Shown here: piece after piece, positions 16,322 through 23,409 of the stretch
Layout of the letters: the number at the start of each line of letters is the position of its first letter
Position numbering within the stretch: the stretch's first letter is position 1
Assembly: GCA_025457885.1 (NCBI GenBank)
Contig: JALOTN010000015.1
Location: forward strand, 1 to 24,000
Length of the DNA: 24,000 nucleotides
Reading direction: 5' to 3'
DNA from: Thermoplasmatota archaeon
GTDB lineage: Archaea > Thermoplasmatota > E2 > DHVEG-1
Notes under the pieces: model-generated
The model's database searches: none
What the model saw: the letters and a program-made list of their open reading frames with translations, nothing else
What the model was told of the DNA's origin: nothing
Program-made: the position numbers and the translations under genes

Positions 16322-16927
16322 ATGTCGAAAATAGGCCAAGCAAAAATATTAGGTGGAATAGGAGCACTTTTATCGCTCTTGACCGTTGTCCCAAGCGTGG
16401 GGTTCATCATCGGTCTTGTGGGACTGATTCTGGTGTTTATCGCTGTTAAATACATCGCAGAGGAAACAAAAGACCATGCGATATTCCAAAACTATTTGAT
16501 GAATTTCATCTTCAACATTATCGCGATTGGTGCCGTGATCGGCATCATGATCATGGCTTTCGGTATTTCAGGTGGTATGTCCTGGGTCAATGCCATGCAA
16601 GGCAAAGATTTCACTGATTTTAGTTCATTTTGGGATACCTTTGGTTCTATGATTGTCGGCTGCGCACTCGCCCTCCTCGTCGCATGGATAATGTTACTCA
16701 TCGGAGCTCTCTATCTACGAAAAAGCTACAACAGCATCGCAGATCACACCAAAGTCGACCTTTTCAAGACCACAGGACTAGTCAATCTGATTGGTGCAGC
16801 AACCCTCATTATCGTCATTGGAATCTTTATTATCCTCATAGCAAGAATCCTTGAGATCGTCTCGTATTTCTCCCTCCCCGAGAACCTTCCAACCGCACCA
16901 GAACCACCAAAACCAATGACACCCTAA
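16322..16927 (+). CDS. DUF996-family membrane protein
   Basis: 201-aa ORF. QAKILGGIGALLSLLTVVPSVGFIIGLVGLILVFIAVKYIAE is the DUF996 N-terminal signature. Multi-pass membrane protein with a Pro-rich C-terminus. GAGGAG SD. Confidence 0.8.
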   Translation: MSKIGQAKILGGIGALLSLLTVVPSVGFIIGLVGLILVFIAVKYIAEETKDHAIFQNYLMNFIFNIIAIGAVIGIMIMAFGISGGMSWVNAMQGKDFTDFSSFWDTFGSMIVGCALALLVAWIMLLIGALYLRKSYNSIADHTKVDLFKTTGLVNLIGAATLIIVIGIFIILIARILEIVSYFSLPENLPTAPEPPKPMTP

Positions 16928-16943
16928 TACAACAAACACCAAC

Positions 16944-16959
16944 TTTTTTTTTTTTTTTT
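16944..16959 (+). terminator. T16 oligo-T terminator
   Basis: An uninterrupted run of 16 T starts 17 nt after the DUF996 stop. Confidence 0.6.
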
Positions 16960-17047
16960 CATTATCTTACGAAGGATTTCTCTGTGAGGATATCAGACCA
17001 CAAAAACCGGATATTCTAATCAAGTACTTTCCATAGCTCTTACACAC

Positions 17048-17064
17048 AAAAAAAGAAAAAAAAA
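17048..17064 (-). terminator. oligo-T terminator (on the minus strand) of the C25 peptidase gene
   Basis: A7-G-A9 on the plus strand is T9-C-T7 on the coding strand, 19 nt after the TAA stop at 17083-17085. Confidence 0.55.
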
Positions 17065-17082
17065 GAGAAGGGAGGTTGGTTT

Positions 17083-19797
17083 TTAATATCCAACCAGGTG
17101 GCGGAGAATGGGGAAGAGGTTCGGGAACATCCCGAGCAGCTGCTGGATGAACCCAAGCAGCGTGAATTTGTATTCCGTTGGCATGGCAACGGTGAGTTCT
17201 CCCCAGTCGCTTTCCGAGTTCATCGAGTCCTTTGCTTTGACCTTCACGGTGTAGGACCCCTCGTCTGCCCAGGAATGGGTCTGATGGATCTGGGTGCCTG
17301 AGAGATACGGTCCTAGCCAGTCCGTGGTGGTCCCATCGCCCCAGTCCACAAAGTAGTAGATGGTCTGATCCTGAGCATCAGTTGAGACCATGTTGAACAA
17401 ATAGGGGTTTCCTGGTTTTCCCTCTGCAGGTCCAGTGACCTCAGGGACCGTTGGTGGTGTGTTATCGGTGATGGTGACGGGTAATTCCTCAGACCAGCCG
17501 CTGCCAGCTCCCCAGACGTCACGGGCTTTGACTTTCACGGTATAGGACCCAAGCACCGTCCAGGTGTGTTTCCCGGTCGCGGTCGCCCCAGAAGAATATG
17601 GTCCAAGCCATCCGCTGTTGCTGCCATCGCCCCAGTCGAACAGGTAGAAGATCTCCTCATTGTCCGGCTCAGTGGCTTGAGAGGTATAGCTGTATTCGAC
17701 GTTCCAGATCCCCAGGGTTGGTCCCACGGGTTTCGAGGGTGTTGTCGGAGGGAGACTTGGATGAGGTGTCCGAAGCATCTGAGCGGGGTCGCCGAAGAGG
17801 AGGCAGCATTGGACGATCTCTCGCCATGTTCCACCATCCCAGTCGATCATCGGTGCCATCATGTCCTTTGAATGAGCATGGGACCGGCCGATCTGCCAGT
17901 TCCCAAGATCAAGGGAGAGGTTCTCCACATCAAGGAAGAATCGCCAGAACTCTTTGGTCTGGAACGCGCTACTGGAATTTGTGCAGTAGAGGTTTCCCCA
18001 GCCGTAGCCTGTGTTATAGACACAGCCGAAGGCAAGCTCGACATCAGAGTGGAACAGCATGGTTTCCAGCACCCCGTCATCGCCATCGTTGAAATCACCG
18101 CAGTGGCAGCCGTAATCATGGATGAAGAACGGACGGGTATTATGGTAATCAGATTCCCAGTCATCCGCGTAGACATCCAGGGACATCTGGTTATCTGCAT
18201 GGGCGATCCCACTGATGATTGTGACAAGGTCGTTGTTGATTGCATCTCTGAATCCGGAGACTCCTGCTCCGTTCCATCCAGGGTTTGGTGAGGGTGCCTC
18301 GGTGTATTTCACGGAAAGGTTATACATATTCCCGGGGTTGACAAGGTTCCAGGTCTCAAAACCATACTGGAAACCAACCCAGCTGGGGAATTGATCCGGA
18401 TCAGGGCCAAGCCATTCATTCGTCCCCTTTATCGCGCTGTAGTCCATGAAATCATCACCCTGGCAGCTCCACCCAGTGTTCCCACCATAGAAAGCGGCGT
18501 TGTCCAGGTATTCCCAATCCGCGCTGTTTGCATAGAAGAAACTCTTCGTCAGCCAGTTAGAGACATCCTGAGGAACATCACAAGTGACTCGACCAACGAA
18601 CAGTTCTGCATAAAAGTCAAACCCACTATCTCCTTCCTCGCCCCATGAGCCATCGGAATCACCATTGAAGTTGTTGTCAAGGTTGCTCCAGTATAAATCG
18701 GAGTCGACGTTTGACTCACCACCTGAGGACATCAGACGAGCAGGGATGTAGTTGGAGTCACCAGCGACAAGGATATACTGTGTTCCCCAGTCCTCGTATG
18801 CGTCTTTACAGAACTCACGGACATGGGCTTGTTGGTCATTGAAGGGGGTTGTCCCAAAGTAATCAGGACATGCGTCGATGTCCTGGACGGTGACTAACGT
18901 GCTGCTCAACCCATCACCCGCATGTTGATCCATGAGACTTTCCCAGTTATAGGGCGTCTCTGTGGTGACGTCCCAGTAATCCAGACCGCTTTGGGTGGTG
19001 GTGATAATCACATAATCATAATTCCCACTTGGGTCACATAACCCACCAGGGTACTCAAGGATCGGCATATCAGCGGTCTCATACAGTGGTAGTATCTCCG
19101 GATTGGCGACAAATGACTGCACGTAGCTAGCATCAGCAGGACTGTCCCGGAAGAATTCACTGACGTAACCAGTCTTCTCAAGAGTAATTGTTACCGTCAT
19201 CGTCGGGTAGAACATCAACGCTCCTGTGCCAGGGGTGTACTGCAACGGGCTTAATCCAAAATCAAGGATTGCATACCCATGGGAGTACCCAACATGATGT
19301 TGCGTGCGAATCTCGGAAGGATAGGGAGTGCTTGCGGAGTAGATCTCTAGATTTTTTTCAAACACCTGTGGCTCAGTACTGCCGAACGGAACAGATTTCT
19401 GATAGGGAAGAACCGGGTGCGTGAGTAAATCGACTGGTGGTGAAACCAATACCGGTGTCCCAGTGACGTGGATGTTGATAACTGCTGTCTTAGGTGGGAG
19501 GAGCAGTTGTATCATCTTCATGGGTAACTGAGGGGCGCCTACTTCGGTGCCTCTCCCAATTAATCCTTGCATGTTCACCAAAGTATATTCGGAACCATCC
19601 GTAGCGATTGTTTGATACTCTGGCTCACGGAAACTCCAGGTATACGTCAATTGAGAGCTGCTTATTAGTCCTTGATTGTTCAAATCCTTTGGGTCAACAA
19701 GTGCTGTTGTTACCGATGTAGTGAGCATCAATACACAAATTGCTACACCAACAACTAGTCTGCCTACTTTAAAATTATGAGTTGTTGTTCTCTTCAT
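17083..19797 (-). CDS. secreted gingipain-like peptidase (family C25, clan CD) with two PKD cassettes and an amphipathic C-terminal tail
   Basis: 904-aa ORF with a signal/anchor (MKRTTTHNFKVGRLVVGVAICVLMLTT). C25 hallmarks: YVIITTT, YILVAGDSNYIPAR, DLYWSNLD, ELFVGRV. The His block is IISGIAHADN (His codon 18199-18201). The Cys block is FIHDYGCHCGDF (Cys codon 18106-18108). PKD cassettes at 17470-17730 and 17182-17442; tail at 17086-17181. Confidence 0.85.
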   Translation of the reverse strand: MKRTTTHNFKVGRLVVGVAICVLMLTTSVTTALVDPKDLNNQGLISSSQLTYTWSFREPEYQTIATDGSEYTLVNMQGLIGRGTEVGAPQLPMKMIQLLLPPKTAVINIHVTGTPVLVSPPVDLLTHPVLPYQKSVPFGSTEPQVFEKNLEIYSASTPYPSEIRTQHHVGYSHGYAILDFGLSPLQYTPGTGALMFYPTMTVTITLEKTGYVSEFFRDSPADASYVQSFVANPEILPLYETADMPILEYPGGLCDPSGNYDYVIITTTQSGLDYWDVTTETPYNWESLMDQHAGDGLSSTLVTVQDIDACPDYFGTTPFNDQQAHVREFCKDAYEDWGTQYILVAGDSNYIPARLMSSGGESNVDSDLYWSNLDNNFNGDSDGSWGEEGDSGFDFYAELFVGRVTCDVPQDVSNWLTKSFFYANSADWEYLDNAAFYGGNTGWSCQGDDFMDYSAIKGTNEWLGPDPDQFPSWVGFQYGFETWNLVNPGNMYNLSVKYTEAPSPNPGWNGAGVSGFRDAINNDLVTIISGIAHADNQMSLDVYADDWESDYHNTRPFFIHDYGCHCGDFNDGDDGVLETMLFHSDVELAFGCVYNTGYGWGNLYCTNSSSAFQTKEFWRFFLDVENLSLDLGNWQIGRSHAHSKDMMAPMIDWDGGTWREIVQCCLLFGDPAQMLRTPHPSLPPTTPSKPVGPTLGIWNVEYSYTSQATEPDNEEIFYLFDWGDGSNSGWLGPYSSGATATGKHTWTVLGSYTVKVKARDVWGAGSGWSEELPVTITDNTPPTVPEVTGPAEGKPGNPYLFNMVSTDAQDQTIYYFVDWGDGTTTDWLGPYLSGTQIHQTHSWADEGSYTVKVKAKDSMNSESDWGELTVAMPTEYKFTLLGFIQQLLGMFPNLFPILRHLVGY

Positions 19798-19879
19798 GTA
19801 ATTTTTCCCCTATATAAAGCATGGTGGTCCTGTGATTTAAATCTTGTGGTTATATAAATAAAAAACAAAGGTTCTTTCC

Positions 19880-21919
19880 TTAGAGGGGATGTATTCCAAA
19901 AACAAAGACGAGGAATAGTTTTGCTGGAACCGTGGTATTATACGTGATTCCCTCATCACACCCGATGAACAGATTCAGGGTCATTGAGCCAAATCCGACA
20001 GGAGTGATTCTTACAGATTTCGTCAACCCCGGAGGAATTGTTTCCGTTGGTTGAGTAATAAAAACATGGAAGAGGGTTCCACCTTCAAATGAAGTGTTCC
20101 ATTGGATGATGGTCGCTGGAGCATCTCCCCTGTTGGTAATTGAAACGGTAAACCCCAGCCCGCCGGTAACATCCAGAGAAAGCACAGGTGCGATGATGGA
20201 AAGAGTAAAGGGTTCTGACCAGGTGCTCTCTGCACCATGCCAATCCTTTGCCTTCACCAGGATCTCATAGGTTCCGCGGTTAGCCCAGGTGTGGTTCAGA
20301 TGAACCGCTTCGTCTCCAGCGAACGGTCCAAGCCACCCGCTGGTCGTGTTATCCCCCCAATCAATGAAATAAAGGATTTTATCATCGTTCTGATCAGTGG
20401 TTGTGAAGACAAACTCATAAGACACCCCTGGTTTCCCACTTGTTGGCCCCTCAATGAGGGGAATCTGTGGTGGAATGTTTGGGACTTCAATAAAGACCTG
20501 AGTACCATCAGTCGCTATTTGACCAAGATTGTCAATGACGGTGAGGCTGACCGGGTATTCCCCCACCGAAGTATAGGTATGAGTTGGGTTCTGCAGCGGT
20601 GACGTCGTTCCATCCCCAAAGTCCCAGAACCATGAAAACCCTGGGTCACCACCGTAGACGGAGCCGGTGAATTGCACTGGTGAATCCTCAAAACCATAGT
20701 ACGGGCCGTTTGCATCAGCAAGATATTGAATATCACCAAAAGCATAAATAGTCCCATCCCCGGAACCAACAAACAGTTTTCCTGCTGCTAGTGCTGGTGA
20801 TGACTTCGTTGGAAACTGCGTGTTAAAATTATAACTCCAGATCAATGCCCCAGAGTACGCATTCAGACAGACCAGGTAGCTTGTATACCCGCAGCAGGGA
20901 TCAGAGTCAAAATAGAGTTTCCCGTCAGCGATACCCGGTGAGGATTCGACACTCCCGTTGACAAGATAGCTCCACAGAAAACCTCCTGTTTCCTTATCAA
21001 GACACAACATCCTCCCATCGCTCGTCCCAATGTAGACACATCCGTATGCAACCGATGGGGAAGCATGCACTTCACATCCCGCATCATAGCTCCATAGGAT
21101 CCCCCCGGTTTGTGCGTTGAGGCAATAGACGTTGTTATCATTCGCACCAAAGTAGACCTTGCCGTCGTCAATAGTTGGAGAGGAATAAATACCAGAGGTT
21201 GTTACGAACACCCAGAGGAGTTCACCGGTCAGACTGTTCAGACAGACGAAATCTCCATTCACGATACCAGTATATAACCTTCCATCTGCAATCGCTGGTG
21301 AGGAGACAAAAGCACTGTTGGTTTCATATTCCCAGAGGAGACTTCCATCTGCGACATTCAGACTATACAACGATCCGTCACTTGAGCCGAAGAACACCTG
21401 TTCATCGACAACGAGTGGAGAGGTATCGATGATAAAACCAGTTTTAAAAACCCATAAAAGTGAACCATTGACTGCATCCAGACAATACAGATAGGTGTCT
21501 TGTGAGCCGAAAAACACTCTGCCGTTTACCACTGCAGGTGATGAGGTTATCTCACTATTGGTTGAATAGTTCCAAAGCACAGTTCCACTATCCATCTCAA
21601 GACAATAGAGGCTTCGGTCCCATGCTCCGATATAGACTCTCCCATGCGAGACTGCTGGGGAGGATGAAATGATAAAATCGGTCTGATATGTCCAGAGAAT
21701 ATCCGCTGCCTCTGGGGCGGTCGTGGTTGATGCACCTGTATGTGTTGTATCGTGGCGGAACATTGACCACCAATCGTTTCCCACCGGATTCCTCAAATCT
21801 TCAATCTCGGAGGATGATGACAGTAAAGGACTCGCAATCGAAGAACTAGTTAAAATAGTGAAACACAGAAGAGTCAAAGAACATGTTACAAGAGAAATCC
21901 GTCGATGTTTTCCAATCAT
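19880..21919 (-). CDS. secreted PQQ-like beta-propeller protein with two PKD domains and a CARDB-like C-terminal domain
   Basis: The track ORF starts at TTG 21931. The first ATG is 21919 (MIGKHRRISLVTCSLTLLCFTIL). There are eight repeats of ..SSPAV..GRVYFG..D..LYCL....G..LW. These are followed by a classical PKD (FWDFGDGTTS...HTYTSVGEYPVSLTVID), a DWGD-type PKD (YFIDWGDNTTSGWLGPF) and the C-terminal VTGGLGFTVSITNRGDAPATIIQW...VGFG...LFLVFVFGIHPL. Confidence 0.85.
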   Translation of the reverse strand: MIGKHRRISLVTCSLTLLCFTILTSSSIASPLLSSSSEIEDLRNPVGNDWWSMFRHDTTHTGASTTTAPEAADILWTYQTDFIISSSPAVSHGRVYIGAWDRSLYCLEMDSGTVLWNYSTNSEITSSPAVVNGRVFFGSQDTYLYCLDAVNGSLLWVFKTGFIIDTSPLVVDEQVFFGSSDGSLYSLNVADGSLLWEYETNSAFVSSPAIADGRLYTGIVNGDFVCLNSLTGELLWVFVTTSGIYSSPTIDDGKVYFGANDNNVYCLNAQTGGILWSYDAGCEVHASPSVAYGCVYIGTSDGRMLCLDKETGGFLWSYLVNGSVESSPGIADGKLYFDSDPCCGYTSYLVCLNAYSGALIWSYNFNTQFPTKSSPALAAGKLFVGSGDGTIYAFGDIQYLADANGPYYGFEDSPVQFTGSVYGGDPGFSWFWDFGDGTTSPLQNPTHTYTSVGEYPVSLTVIDNLGQIATDGTQVFIEVPNIPPQIPLIEGPTSGKPGVSYEFVFTTTDQNDDKILYFIDWGDNTTSGWLGPFAGDEAVHLNHTWANRGTYEILVKAKDWHGAESTWSEPFTLSIIAPVLSLDVTGGLGFTVSITNRGDAPATIIQWNTSFEGGTLFHVFITQPTETIPPGLTKSVRITPVGFGSMTLNLFIGCDEGITYNTTVPAKLFLVFVFGIHPL
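20735..21703 (-). repeat. eight tandem ~40-aa PQQ/BamB-like propeller blades (intragenic)
   Basis: The blade-terminal Trp codons (cca on the plus strand) fall at 21694, 21574, 21454, 21334, 21214, 21094 and 20974. That is an exact 120-nt period. The next falls at 20839, a 135-nt spacing. Confidence 0.8.
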
Positions 21920-22169
21920 TGTGGTACCCAACTTGAATGATGTTCCATCCTATGTGATATTACCGATGTCCCCTATATAATCTTAACGATTGTTAATACC
22001 GTATTGATGCGATAAAATAAATGGGGATTTTGGTTAAAGATGTACTAAAATGGATGTCCCGACAGAACGGTTTTCCCTTCAGACGAGTAAATGATGTTTT
22101 TAAATGGTGATATCAACCTATTTATAGGAGAACATTGTTATAAAATATGTAACGGAGGAATGAAAAAGT

Positions 22170-23366
22170 ATGAAGAAAGGGATAATTTGTATTTTTATTA
22201 GTGTGGTATTGATTGCGACAATAATCCCAGTAACAAGTCATATCACAAAAAACACCTTGAGAGATAAAACGGAGGAGATTCAATCATCAGGGACGACAAC
22301 GACATGGATGAAGATCATAGGTGGAGATGATAGTGATAGTGGTTTTTCAGTTCAGCAAACATCCGATGGAGGATATATTTTCACGGGTGATACCCATAGT
22401 TATGCTGTGGGTGGAGATGACGTATGGTTAGTAAAAACAGATACCATAGGGAATGAAGTTTGGAATAAAACTTTTAGTATTTCGAACAATTCAAAAGATA
22501 TTGAACGAGGGACAGATATCCTTCAAACTTCTGATAACGGATATATCATCATTACAGACATAGGGTTGATTAGAACTGATGAAAATGGAAATGAACTTTG
22601 GAGAAAAAATCTCACTAATGATGGATCATCGATGTGCCTTACCGATGATGAATGTTATGTGATAGCAGGGTATAATTTCACAGGTAATTGCTTGTGGATC
22701 GTGAAGGTTGATACAGACGGAAATGAAGTCTGGGAAAAAAATTATGGACCTATTAGATTTGATGGATGTTCCATTAAGCAAACTACTGACCATGGGTTTA
22801 TCACTGTTGGGTGGAACTGTATTGTAAAAACTGATGAAAACGGAGAAAAAGAATGGAATATCACCTTTGCCGTTGGAACATGGTGTATGGATGTTGTTCA
22901 AAGCAATGATGGTAATTATACAGTCATTGGTTGGAAAGGAGCTTGGGCTCATAATAACACTGGTTGGTTTCTGAGGATAGATGCAAAAGGGCAGATACTG
23001 TCTATAAAGAATTATCCAAGGTTTTTCACTGGATATGTGTTGAATAAATGTGTCCAAACACCGGAGGGTGGTTATCTAATAACCGGAGAAGCGGATAGCG
23101 AACTAAAAAATTGGGGGCATCTCCATTTCAGACTTCTCGTGTTAAAGACTGATGGAAAAGGAAATGTTCTCCGGAGAAACACCTTTGGGGGTGGAGAACA
23201 CTTAGAGTGCGGTCTTGATATCCAGGAAACCTCTGATGGTGGTTACATCGTCCTTGGGAGTACCAATAGATATGGACCACGCAACACGGACGCATGGCTG
23301 ATAAAAACAGATTCAAATGGGAACGTCCCATTCGTATATCGATTCCTAAGTTTATTCCGGAATTGA
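22170..23366 (+). CDS. secreted repeat protein, predicted 7-bladed beta-propeller-like (SDGGY...WL.KTD..GN..W repeats)
   Basis: 398-aa ORF with an N-terminal signal/anchor (MKKGIICIFISVVLIATIIPV). There are seven ~45-57-aa repeats, e.g. QQTSDGGYIFTG...DDVWLVKTDTIGNEVWNKTF and QETSDGGYIVLG...DAWLIKTDSNGNV. GGAGGA SD lies 11 nt upstream. Confidence 0.8.
   Translation: MKKGIICIFISVVLIATIIPVTSHITKNTLRDKTEEIQSSGTTTTWMKIIGGDDSDSGFSVQQTSDGGYIFTGDTHSYAVGGDDVWLVKTDTIGNEVWNKTFSISNNSKDIERGTDILQTSDNGYIIITDIGLIRTDENGNELWRKNLTNDGSSMCLTDDECYVIAGYNFTGNCLWIVKVDTDGNEVWEKNYGPIRFDGCSIKQTTDHGFITVGWNCIVKTDENGEKEWNITFAVGTWCMDVVQSNDGNYTVIGWKGAWAHNNTGWFLRIDAKGQILSIKNYPRFFTGYVLNKCVQTPEGGYLITGEADSELKNWGHLHFRLLVLKTDGKGNVLRRNTFGGGEHLECGLDIQETSDGGYIVLGSTNRYGPRNTDAWLIKTDSNGNVPFVYRFLSLFRN
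22302..23363 (+). repeat. seven tandem degenerate protein repeats (intragenic)
   Basis: The repeat anchors [TS]-[DS]-[DN]-G-[GN]-Y...(W/L)-[LI]-[VI]-[KR]-[TI]-D-x-x-G-[NE/KQ]-x-x-W recur seven times in the translation. Confidence 0.7.
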
Positions 23367-23409
23367 AAGAATAATGATCTAATTCATAATTTTGTCAAGG
23401 GAAGATAAT

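Noticed and set aside
17566-18291. Several long plus-strand ORFs (101, 164 and 139 aa) inside the C25 peptidase gene
   Set aside because: They are Arg/Ser/Pro/Gly-rich products typical of antisense frames of a GC-rich gene. The minus-strand 904-aa ORF has clear family motifs across the whole interval.
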